Source: Sarea resinae (taxonomy: Eukaryota). Taken from it: a stretch of DNA of 64,000 nt. A model generated the notes under the pieces. The model saw nothing but the letters and a program-made list of their open reading frames with translations, ran no database searches and had not been told where the DNA came from. The stretch lies in NCBI GenBank assembly GCA_026026165.1, contig JAPEUD010000018.1, positions 186,001-250,000 on the forward strand, written 5' to 3'. Of the stretch, positions 25,201 to 36,800 are shown piece after piece (position 1 is the first letter of the stretch; every line of letters begins with the position of its first letter). The position numbers and the translations under genes were made by a program.

Positions 25201-25920
25201 GAAAGCTCGAGTTCGGAGGAAGAACATGATACCACAGATGAGAAATAGATATGATGCTATGAGGAGTTGGGAGTAAGGGCCAGTGTATGCCAACCGGTCA
25301 AAGTAAAGTTGACCTCTTCTGACGCGACTCTCAGAAGATATACGCCTGGAACCGAGACAGCAGAGACCTTTCCAAGCCAGGGCAGGACGGAAGTTGCCAT
25401 GGGTTGCTTCTTGGACGTCGATAAGGCGACAAGTCACGTCGTATTACAACTGGCTGAAGTGTTCGGTATGGCGTTAAGGTATACTTGGACTTCGTCGCGA
25501 TTTTGGGCGAAAGATGTGGATTGTTGACATAGGGGCCACCTTGAATATTGCGAAGGCATACGCCGCTATTTGAATATTAGCATAGACACTGACATTACAA
25601 CTAGTATAATTCTTAAAGGCAACTGAGATGCTCAGAGAGAAGATTATGTGCTCGTCATAACCACTTATGAGTCAGCAGGCCCAGGAGGCTTGGCGTCAAA
25701 GCGAAACCATCGTGGGCTTGTATGACTCTGTGATATCCGACTAAGGATGATTGCTTTCATCATAGCATCTGATTTGGATGAGGGATAAGATCTGACTAAA
25801 CTTGAACGTAAAGCTCACCTCAACTTGCGGCGAAGTTACTGGTAATCTTGCAAAGACCCAGGGATGCTATCGTAAGCTCCAAAGCTTGCAAGCAGTACAA
25901 GTACTCTGATTACTAGGTAC

Positions 25921-26684
25921 TCAATCGCGTCCGAGCTGAGGCCAGAGGAAAACCTTGCTTTTCGAGACGGCCTGCTGCACAGGTTCGGCTGGGATTGAAT
26001 CTCCATCTTCTTCGCCGTATACAACTCGCCGTCGACGTCGAGGGTCGTCTTCCCTTAGGTTCTGCCTCGGATCGTTGGAGGGAGGCGGAGCATCATCATA
26101 ATTGAGCTCGGCGCCTGCTTCTTCTCTTGACTCGTCTGCTTCCCTGGCGATTCTGCGTGGTTCCTTCCCTTCGCCTTGAGAATGTTTTCTCTTTTCGTGG
26201 TTTGTGTCCTGATTGCCAAGCTCTTGCCGTTCCTTCTCGAGGAATCTTGCGTATTCTTCTTCCTCGCCCAGGTCGGCAGCGGTGCCTTCGGTACCAGCAG
26301 CCGCAGCATCGCCGCCATCAAAAATCTCCCCTTCCTCTGACGAGTCCTGATTCTCTCGCTGCCGTTGTCTCTGCCTTAGAAGAGCGTGAATCTCACTATG
26401 CCGGAACATTGCGATTTGCTGGTCGGTAAGCGTTCGCTTCACGCCGTCCGGATAGTAGCCTAGGCCATCATCTTCAATCAGGTGATGAGATGTGTCTGCA
26501 GGCGTATGATCGACACGGGCAGAGCCGTTGAAATGCTGGCTATGAAAGCTATGTAGCTCATCCTGGAGTGCAGACCCGAGGTCAGCAGCTGCCTGGGCGG
26601 CGAGTACAGCCAAGTATCACCAGGAGGAGAACGTACAGCGGTGACCACGGGTGGCACTGCAAGTGGCGGAGCGGATACAGCCAT
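25921..26684 (-). CDS. Conserved fungal protein (DUF3807-like), 2 exons
   Basis: Exon 1 26684-26637 MAVSAPPLAVPPVVTA, intron 26636-26563 (GTACGT...CTGAC...CAG), exon 2 DELHSFHSQHF...GLGYYPDGVKRTLTDQQIAMFRHSEI. Confidence 0.88.
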
Positions 26685-28186
26685 CTTGAAGCAGAGCTTG
26701 CGCTCAACCCTAAGACCAGTCTTGAGATTGTTTATGGATGGCTGTTGCGTCCATGGATGCTGGCCGATCGAATAGCGAGTGAGAAAGGCAACACTCGAAG
26801 CTCGAACAAAGCTTCGGGGCCGGCACGCTCGGGTGGTAGAAAGTGGACCTTTGAAGATTGCACGAAGATGAAGATGCGTTCGAAGAATGGCACCGTCCAA
26901 GACGCGAATCCGGGGAACAGCAAGCAGCTCCAAGTCGATGATTGCCTCTCTGGGAATTTAGCCGATGCCGTGTAGCGACTCGACTGGCATCAAGGAGAAT
27001 CATGGAGAAGCGCCCGCGGTTATGATTTAGGTGTACTCTATGCCTACCTAGTAGATGCTATCGATTGATTCATCGTTCTAGTGACTTTTGGTTCCGTTAT
27101 TCGCCCAAGCTTAGAAAAATGATGCCTGCAGAAGTGCTCGCTTTGCGCAAGGATTGACATTGATCTGTGGGTGCGGGCGCGGGTGCGTCAAACAGGCCCC
27201 AGATGACGCGAGATGGGATCAATTGATGTGATCGTAGACCGCGAAGACATATAAAGATCCAGTGTCCCCCTTCTCCTCGACCTTCACCTCGACGTTCAAT
27301 TATGCTTTCCATCACCGTATGCTATAGACTTCTAGTCTACTAAAGAAGCGCTCGCATCTGCCATGGAAACGATGAAATCCCTCAATACCAGAAGCGTAAC
27401 CAAAAGCCTTGGCTTGGTGAAACGAAGGGCCGGAAGGTCAGACAGGATGGCCGACGAAGAGACTTGGCGATGAAATAACGGCCAACAACCAATCGCCAGA
27501 ACGACATCGGTGGTTGCACCTGAATTTGCAGAGACGATGAATCTTTTGCATCAAGAGACCCGTCGGCAGTCCTGTCTTCAATGGAACTTTGGCACAAGAT
27601 GGCCCAAGCGCGATCAACAGGACTGTTGCAATGGACGACTGCAGAGAAAAGGACTGAGATGCAAATCAGGGGTGTCTCTTGTCCGAATCACCTCTGGGTT
27701 GGGCTTCCCTGATGAATGATGGCGGGTGAGAAAGAAATGCTGCTTGGCTCTCCAGACTGCCAGCGGTGAGAATGAGGCGCCCTGACCTCCAAGTGGCGGA
27801 TAGCGGGACGGGCCCCATCCGTTGAGCACTGGGCAGTCTACTTCAGTAGATGGTTACGCTTGATACGAGGGGAAGGGGACTTTGAGGGAACCTGATCCAG
27901 CGAACGCTTTTATATGCCGTCTCGCTATTCCAACGTCATCGATCGAAGTCACTGCGGAAGTACCGATGGTGGCTGCATTTCTTATCTCATTATCTCCGCA
28001 GGAGATCTCCAGTCTCCCGTCTCACCGTCAGCAAGCAGACCATTGCTGACGAATGACTGCAATTCCTCTTTTTCCCACTTTTTGGCTTCATCTTTCATCT
28101 TTCCCTCTCCTCGGATTCGTCAATTTCGTTGGTCGACGCGCTGCTATTCTTCATCTCCCCTTCTGTGTCTAGTCCAGCCAACAACA

Positions 28187-29882
28187 ATGACTGTTCGCAA
28201 GTCCACCTTGTCGACGAGGGGCCTTGACCTGGCCCTCGCCGGTGGCATGAGGGACAACTTCAAGCCAATTCTCGATGACCCCTACGACCCAGACAAGAAT
28301 CCTAAAGGCTTCGTGAATATTGGCACAGCAGAAAATGTATGGAACCAGTAGCTGAGTTTGTTCGGCTCGAATGCATGTACTTGATTTACAAAGTGATTAT
28401 CCTCTTCTGACACTTTTCTTGCCGTCAGTATATAATGCTTGAAGAAGTGGCCGCATTCATCAATAAGAACGTATGGCCTCCTCGCGATGCATGAGCAGAC
28501 CTCATACAGGCACTGAAGTTTCCTGCCCAGCTCGAGCTCGATGCTTTCAATTTCAGCTATGGCGAAGGCCCATGGGGATGCGAGCGTCTGCGCAAAGCCA
28601 TGGCCAAACATATGACCAAATACTTCCATCCTCTGAAGCCGATTACCTCGGACGATCTGCTTTTTGCCAATGGCGTCACTTCACTGTGCGAAATGCTAGG
28701 GTATGGCATCGCAGACCCCGGCGATGCCATCTTATTGTCTCGACCGATTTACCAGGCGTTTCAGATGGACTTCGGAACCAAGGCTAAGTAAATACCCCGA
28801 GCGTTCTTCATAAATCGAGTTCCTGACGACGGATCAGGGTTCAATCTATCTTTACCGACTTTGACGGCGTCGATCAGTTCTCGCCCAAAGCCGCCGAAAA
28901 ATACGAAGAGGCATTCCTCAAAGCCAAAGCCAACGGCGTCAGCATTCGTGCCCTCCTCATCTGCAACCCACACAATCCACTCGGCCAATGCTACCCGCGA
29001 GAATCCCTGATCGCCTTCATGGAACTCTGCAACAAATACCAAATCCACCTTCTCGTCGACGAGATCTACGCTCTGTCCGTCTTCGACGTGCCCTCCGACC
29101 CGCACGCTGTTCCCTTCACCTCCGCCCTCGCCATCGACTATACCAAGCACATCGACCCGTCCTACATGCACGTCCTGTACGGCATGAGCAAAGACAACGC
29201 CTGCGGCGGCCTCCGGCTCGGCTGCATCTACATGCAGAACACGGAGCTCATGCGCGCCATGAGCGCCATGTCGAACTTCCACTGGAGCGGCAACACGTCG
29301 GAACGGATCGCGATCCGCATGCTCGAGGACGAGAAGTGGATGTCCTGGTTCCTCGACACGAGCAAAGAGCGACTGGCGGCCAAGAACAAGCTCGTGCGCC
29401 GCATGCTGGACGCCGAGGGCATCAATTACCACCGCGGCTCCAATGCCGGCTTCTTCATCTGGGTCGACCTGCGGCCGTTCCTACCCAAGACCGTCGACGA
29501 ACAGGGTAACGCCGATGGCTGGAAGGCCGAGGCCACGCTGGTCCAGAGTTTCATGAAGGCGAAGATCTTTCTGACGCCCGGCGCCATGCTGTCGGCCGAG
29601 GAACCGGGCTGGTTCCGCCTGATCTTCTCCCAGAACGACCGCGTCATCAAGGAGGGCTTTAAGAGGTTCGTCCTCGTTTCGTGTCTCACCTTTTCTTCTT
29701 ATGATATCCTTTGGATCAATTCCATATGTTCCACCGTTTCAAGACCGCGGTTTGAGCTAATATTTCTTGCGTCTGCTAGGTTGATCGATACCATCAAGGG
29801 CGATGGGGCTCTCGATGAGAAAAATGGTGGAGCGAGCCATTTGCCTATCAGGGAACGCGGTGATATTCCTCTGCCTACCTAG
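28187..29882 (+). CDS. PLP-dependent class I/II aminotransferase, ACC-synthase-like
   Basis: NPKGFVNIGTAEN, LICNPHNPLG, VDEIYALSVF, PLP-lysine motif YGMSKD, GGLRLG and EEPGWFRL. Introns 28337-28428, 28471-28530, 28788-28837 and 29666-29779. Confidence 0.92.
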
Positions 29883-30208
29883 GTAGATAGAAATTCCATC
29901 ATGAATATCTCTCTCTCTCTCTCCTTCTTCTCCCTCTCTTTCCTCTGCCAAACCAAAAAAGCCAAAAACAAACAAAGACAAGCCAAACGACCACCCAAAA
30001 AAAAGAAAGAAAACACATACGGCAGCGGGTATTCGCTGGTCGTCACCGACCCAACTACTAATCCGCCGGTTTGTGGCTTGAGAGCAGGAGAGCGGACGGG
30101 ATCCTCTATATTCCACAACCTATGGCCGTATGTGTCTGACATAGTGTGTACTGCTGTATATATCTTTCATAAACTGGGTCACGGACGCTTAGCACTCATG
30201 TGAGGCCG

Positions 30209-31921
30209 CTATTGGCTCACACCGGCCATCTCCACATTCTTCAACGCCCTCTCACTGCTTGCACCCTCACCAATGCGATTGACCACTCCCACCTTTTCCG
30301 TCCCCCTTTCCCTCCACGCCCAAGCCCTCAATTCCTCTCCCCCCCTTTGGCCCTCCACGAGATCAGCCACGTACCCTCCGAGCACAGGCAGCATCTTGAA
30401 CGCGTGTCCGGAGCCGCCGGTCGCGACGACGAGGCCGTGCGTGCTGGGTGTCGGGGCCACGACGTAGTGCGCGTCGAACGTGTCCGTGTACCAACAGAGA
30501 CGCGAGCGGCTGATCCCGATCCCTGCGGCTTGCAGCTCGGGGAGGTGCGTGGACAGGAAGGAATTCATAACTGCGAGGGAGGCGGCGGGAATAGAGGCGA
30601 GAGAGGGCGTCGTGTGTGCTGTTATTGGTGTACTGCGTTCTTTCTTAGGGGGCGTGGGGAGTGTCTGTTTGTCTGTGGACGGCGGGGAAGAGGGGGAAGG
30701 GGCTATGGGTATCGGGTTCGTCCACTGCACGCCGCGGTACCCTAATTTTATCACGCCCTTTTCGGTGCGTGGGAAGCCGTAGAGTCCGTTGGGCAGACAC
30801 CAGGTCGGGAAGTTCTCCGGCGCGAAGCGGTCCCAAAGCGAAGACGACGACGATGGCGGCGGCAGCTGGATGAAACCCAAACTGCCGGCCGTCGCCTCCA
30901 GCGTGTCGTCTAGGGTGTCTTCCCGCGGCACCAGCGATGCCGTCAGGGCGCCTGTGGCTAGGATCGTGCATGTGGCCGCATGGACGTAACCGTCAGCTGT
31001 TACGACACCTGTGATTGTTTGCTTCTCCTTCTCCTCTGCCTTACCCGTGGAGGACAGAGTGGTCGTTTGGAAGGATGAGAAATTTCCATGCTTCGGGTCG
31101 AGAACGAGATGGATGCCGAGACTACGCGCGCGGTGCAGAGCGAAGAGCATCGCCTTATCCGCGTAGACGAAGCCGCCTAGGCCGTCCAGAATACCCTGGT
31201 GCGGCTCTTCGCCCCTCGCGACGCGGCGAAACGGGTCGATGGCGTGCGCGTATCCGTCCTGTTTTGCGCGCGCTACCTCGGCTGGGTCCAAGAGACGGTA
31301 TTGCGTGGCGGCGTGGCCGGCGCGAGAGATGTTTTCGAGCGAGGCGACGTCGAAGTCCGAGAGCGTGTATGGCGGCGTGCTGGACGCCGAGCTCGACCAG
31401 AATACCCCTGTGGCGGCGAACAGCGTATCATTCTGGGTGAGGCCCTCGGGGAGCGCCGAGGTGGGCGTGCTGCGCAGGCTGGCGTTCCAGGCGTGCCACT
31501 CGCGGATGGAGCCAAGGGCAAGGTTTTGATAGAGCGTGCGCTCGCCGTAGGCTGCGCGGATCACTTTGTTTGTGTCTGTTTGGTAATTTTGAGGGGATTA
31601 GGGATTGGAGACCTTGGGGGGGTTGGCTTCGCTTGGTTTCATTGCGTTCCTTCTCTTGCCATATTGCTTGCTTGCTCAGCAGCAGGCGGGGGGATAGAAA
31701 GGGAAAGGAAAACAGATAGGTCAGGGATCACCTGCGGAAGCGGCATCGCAGCCATTTTCAAATGAATATTTGGTTTCGTGGTAGGGTTGTTTGTCGAGCA
31801 CGGTGATGTTCTCGAATCCCCGCTCGGCAAGGTGGATGGCACTGCTCAGACCGAAGACGCCTGCGCCGATGATGACGATTGGGGAGCTTTTGCTTGCAAG
31901 AGGCTCTGCAACTTTGGCCAT
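30209..31921 (-). CDS. FAD-dependent oxidoreductase, sarcosine oxidase / fructosyl-amino-acid oxidase / pipecolate oxidase family
   Basis: Rossmann motif IIGAGVFGLSSA; AASA|DTNKVIRAAYG across intron 31731-31576; RLCWYTDT (flavinylation-type Cys) and GGSGHAFK. Confidence 0.92.
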
Positions 31922-32369
31922 GGTGTCTCCAGCTTCTGGCGATAGGTATGAATGCTATTCATTTGCCCTTACAATTTGGTTTTGTGATAGTGGTGTGTAG
32001 ATGCGCAATGCCCCATCGCGCTCCGGGTGTTTATTTGATGTTGGCCAATACGTGATAAGAACTTCCGATAACGAATCCCCTCCGATTCAGTGCGGATGAC
32101 TAAGCTCACGGATTAGATTAGATTCGATTCGAAGATTAGATTTGATGGAGGTACCCCTTGAAGGTACCTCGTGACCATGCTGCGTCCGGCGATGGGACGA
32201 TTCGCACTCCGATTCGCAGTATCTCGTACTTCAGTACAACTAACGTAATCGTCAGCCATACGTCGTACTGCGGTAGAGTAAGGTAGGGCGGAGACTTGTG
32301 TTCATGCCTTGAATTCGCTCGGTATCCGAAACCCTTACAATCTTCACTTCTCCGAGTTTCCTCCTAATC

Positions 32370-33085
32370 ATGATGAAGACCTCAATATTGCTGTTGTATC
32401 CTATCCTGGCCTTCTCGTTTCCAAGCGTCGCATCTTCTCAGCGATTCCTACCATCTTTCTGGAAGCAGCGCACCTCGCCTGCCACCGCTCAGATGCCGAT
32501 CGTGAACCCGCCAGAGATCGCTCTGCCGCCATCCAACCAAGACAACCCGACTCCGGGCTCTTCGGGCGATATCATCATCTCAGATATCCTCGGTAAGGAG
32601 CGCGGCATCAACGTCTTTGCCGGCTTCACTCGCGACATCGAGTCCGTGTCTGATCGGCTGCAAGACAGCTCAGTCAACACCACTGTTCTAGCCCCGCTCA
32701 ATCCTGAAATCACCAAGTTGCCCAGGAAACCCTGGGAGGACCCGCAAGACTACGAGACCTTGGGGGAGACAGCCTACGACGGGCAAGAGGGCGAAGGCAG
32801 AGCGCATAAGAATCTGCGCCGATTCACCGAAGCACATATCATCCCCGCCAGCCCGTGGAGGGAGGGCCAAAAGATCAAGACCCTAGCGGGCAATACGGTG
32901 TGGTTCGAGAGCAAAGGCGGGAAGAAGCTGGTGAGATACCCTTGGAAGAGAAGAGCAGCGCATGAGGGAAACTAATGTTTATGACTGTCTAGGTCCAACC
33001 CGGGTCGCTTGAGGTGGAAGGCGTGCTCACAAAAGCCACGAACGGGGAGGTTTGGCTATTGAGGGGTGTTTTGAACTACGCTTAG
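32370..33085 (+). CDS. Secreted FAS1 (fasciclin) domain protein
   Basis: Signal peptide MKTSILLLYPILAFS; TTVLAPLN...LPRKPWE and NLRRFTEAHII. Intron 32931-32992; last exon ends NGEVWLLRGVLNYA*. Confidence 0.9.
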
Positions 33086-33881
33086 TTGCTACCTGCTCTT
33101 GCGTCGGCCGCTTGTATGGGATGGCTGGATATGAGTGATGAGGGATGGCGTTCAGGAAGCAGAACAATGGGGTTTGGGGGCTCGGTGGATGGGTAAGGGT
33201 CATTAGGTATACTTAATCCGTAGCGTTCATATGAAGTCTTTTTCACATCCTCCATACGCGCACGATCGTGGACGATAACATCGCAGGTGGAAGGGGAGGG
33301 CTCTATTCCGTCTGCTGCGTACCTACTGTACCTTCGTAGTCGTAGAGGGGAATCCGCGGATGACGAATGACGCTCCATGATAGTGCGCAGATGGCGGGAG
33401 CCGGCAACCCCATTTAGCGTTGCCAAGTCGGCATCTGCCGTGAATGCTCCAAGCTTGGGGGGTCACGGTCCCCGTCACCGGTGTGTGCGATCTGCTTCTG
33501 TCTCTTCCACTTCTTATCCCCCAACTTTGCACGATGAATGCCTTGACTGCGGTGAGTTGACGCTTGAAGCAGTTGAGAGTGAGGCATATCAACCCTCGGA
33601 TTCAGTCTACGCCGATAATCCGGCCCCTTTCCGCCGATTTTCCGATAGGAAAAATCACTCTGCTGGATGCTGGGCGCACGGAGAACCCTGCTCATCAGCT
33701 TCACGTCTGCCGTCGCAAAGCCCTAGGAGCGCTCTCCTCCCGAGACCCCTAGACTCATCGTCACACTTACCCAGGTCTCGGACATCTATCGAGACAGCCA
33801 ATTTTGGGCTTGCACTCCTCCAGTGAGACGCGTCCTCGGAACGTTCAGTCGCAAACACGCACAGAGCCTCTGCAGCCGACA

Positions 33882-36800
33882 ATGAGCTCCGGGAACAAGG
33901 ACAGCTGGCCGCCGGGAGGCGGTGCCAGCGCCCCAGGCGGCCCTCATAACAATGACCATGGCCAGCCTTCGCAGCAGAGACCACTTGGTGGCTTCGCGTA
34001 AGTTTCCTTCCCCCATCGCTCTCATGCGGCTGTGCTGTGAGGCGCGAAAAAGCACAGGAGGAAGACGCTTCGGAAAATGCCTGGTAATCCATTGATGATA
34101 TGATCTAATTTGGTTGTGTTGTGCTATAGTCCAAATAATCAGGGTCAGCAGGGTCCTTCCGGTCAACCGGGTGGCCCAGTCCTACCTCCACCATCTGGTA
34201 AGATAAATTTTATTGTTTGGATTCCTTGCCCAAACATTGCTGACATCCTTTCTACTAGGACCGTTCTACCCTCAATCTGGCTCTCATAACCTCCCTACGC
34301 TTTCTGGACTTACTCAGCCATCCCCGGTGCAGGCTTCACAAGGCCCGCCTCCTCCACCCTCACAACAGCAGCAATCGCTAGGGCCTCAGCCGCATCATCC
34401 GACACAGCAAGGCCCTGGATACTCCTTACCAGGTATTGGTCAAGCAGTGCAACACGCCCCTCCTTCACAATCGAGCTTAGACCGTGAGCACGAGATGAGG
34501 GAACGGGAGCTTAGGGATCGAGACATGCGTGAAGCCAGAGAACGCGAAATGCGCGATAGGGAGATGAGGGAACGTGAAATGGAACGTGAGATGAACGAGA
34601 GAATGGCGCGAGAGCGACAACGCCAACAAGAAGAAGCCGCACATCGTGAACGCGAGCAGCGCGAACGCGACCTGCGAGAGCGTCAACAACGCGAGCAACA
34701 CCATCCGCAGCCGCATCAAACCCACACTGGGTCCATCCCAATTCACCAGCCAGTCGCTTCGAAGGTAATAGGCGCCATTCATGGCCCAAATGGTCTTTTA
34801 TCAAGTATGGGCGGCAATGCCGGCCCCACTCATCCTCAGGGAGCAATGGGTGGCAACGGCGGACCAGGGCCGATCTTTGGGCCTCCTCATCCAAACGAAA
34901 ATCCATCAAGACCTTTAATGCAACAGCCTGGGCAAATGACTCAGCAGCAGCAGATGATGGGAATGAGTGGTCCTGGTGTCCATCAAATGCAGGGTGGACC
35001 AGTCGCTGGTCTTCCGCAGGGTCAGCAACCTATATTGAACGTGAGTATGCTTGATATGCCTCTGCATTTGTTATCAGTGGATTCTCTTGTTATAAGGCAG
35101 CGCTAATGTCATTCGCTCATAGGATGCTTTAAGTTATCTAGACCAAGTAAAGGTTCAGTTCGTGGACCAGCCCGATGTTTACAATCGATTCTTGGATATC
35201 ATGAAAGACTTCAAAAGTCAGGCGATCGATACACCGGGAGTCATCGAGCGAGTCTCCACTCTATTTGCAGGTCATCCCAACCTGATCCAAGGTTTCAATA
35301 CCTTCCTTCCTCCCGGATATCGCATTGAGTGCGGAACGGGAGACGACCCGAATGCCATTCGAGTAACAACACCCATGGGAACTACCGTATCCTCGATGAC
35401 TACCGGGCTTCGTCCTCCTGTTGAACCCCCAAGTGGTCCTAGCATCACTAATGGATCTGGACCGGCGGGTAGACAAGGCTACTACGAACAGCAGTCTCGT
35501 GTTCAGGGTGGAGGATGGCAACAGCAGCCACCCCCGCCGCCGCCGCAGCCACCGCAGCAGCGCCCTGCTAATGGGCCTGAAGGGATGTATAGCCCAGGTG
35601 GACGTCCTGTCGGCGGCCCGGCACTTGGCGCCCAGACTGGGCCTGTCCAGAACCAAAATTCTCAACTTGAAGGTCAAGCATATAGAGAACAGCAAGCCGC
35701 CGCCCATGCTGCCCATACCGCAAGTATTGCACAGCAAGAGCAGAGGACTATCTCGCAATTACAAAACGCCATTTCTGCATCCAATAGTGGGCCTCAAGGT
35801 AGGCCGCCGGTGATGCAAGCTTCTCCCCCAGATGGTCCGAGCACACCTCTGAACCACGGCGCTGGAATGAATGGTACAGGGCCCGGCTCGCAGGCCGGAC
35901 AGGTTGGCATGGAGAAGAGAGGTCCAGTGGAATTCAATCATGCTATAAGCTATGTGAACAAGATCAAGGTAAGCTCGAGATCTCCAATTGACGCATTCCG
36001 ATTCACTGTCACGTCAAATGACCAAATTTGCGCTCTGACTGAAACTAAATTGAATGTCTTTGTTTAGAACCGTTTTGCATCACAGCCGGACATCTATAAG
36101 CAGTTCTTAGAAATTCTCCAGACCTATCAACGCGAACAGAAGCCAATACAAGATGTCTACTCCCAGGTTACTCATCTTTTCAATTCCGCTCCTGACCTGC
36201 TCGAGGACTTCAAACAGTTTCTTCCCGAGTCTGCTGCGCAAGCAAAAGCTCAAGCTGCGGCCAAAAAGGCAGCCGAAGATGCGGTAATGCTGAGCAACGT
36301 TCGAAACGAGCCTGGATATATGGGAGGTGCGCAGAGTAATCAAGCTCAACAGACACCTCACCGCACCGAAGCAAGGATGCCTCCCGTTGGGAACTTTGCA
36401 CCGCCGCCAAGCGTGGGCAAAGAGAACAAGAAGCGTCAGCGCGGTGGTGCAGGCCAAGTCATTACATCTGCAGCGGCTCAAGCAGCAGCCGCAACAGCAG
36501 CAGTCGCACCCACAGCTATAACAGATACGACAAACTCTGCAGCTCAAGGAGCGAAGACAGGTATCGCACAAGTGGGAAATGCGAATAAGGTTGGTCACCA
36601 TTTCAATAACTAGAAGCGTCTCCTGGCCTTGCAGAATTGACTTTTTATAGCGCTCAAAATTGCATCACAACAAGCCCGTTCAGCCAGAAGCCCCCACCGT
36701 CTCTCCAACTCTCACGCCCGCTCTTCCAGAGCCTATCCCTCCTACTTCTTTCTCTGGTGGTCAGACAGAAGAGATCGCTTTCTTTGATCGGGTGAAGAAA

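Noticed and set aside
26703..26714. CAACCCTAA, resembling a telomerase RNA template or telomere seed
   Set aside because: Single short match right next to a protein-coding start, with no other telomerase RNA features recognised.
27880..27910. GAACCTGATCCAGCGAA resembles the 3' half of a TPP riboswitch
   Set aside because: The P5 stem-loop (TAATAC-type) is missing, no properly placed CTGAGA motif was seen, and the neighbouring genes are not thiamine-related.
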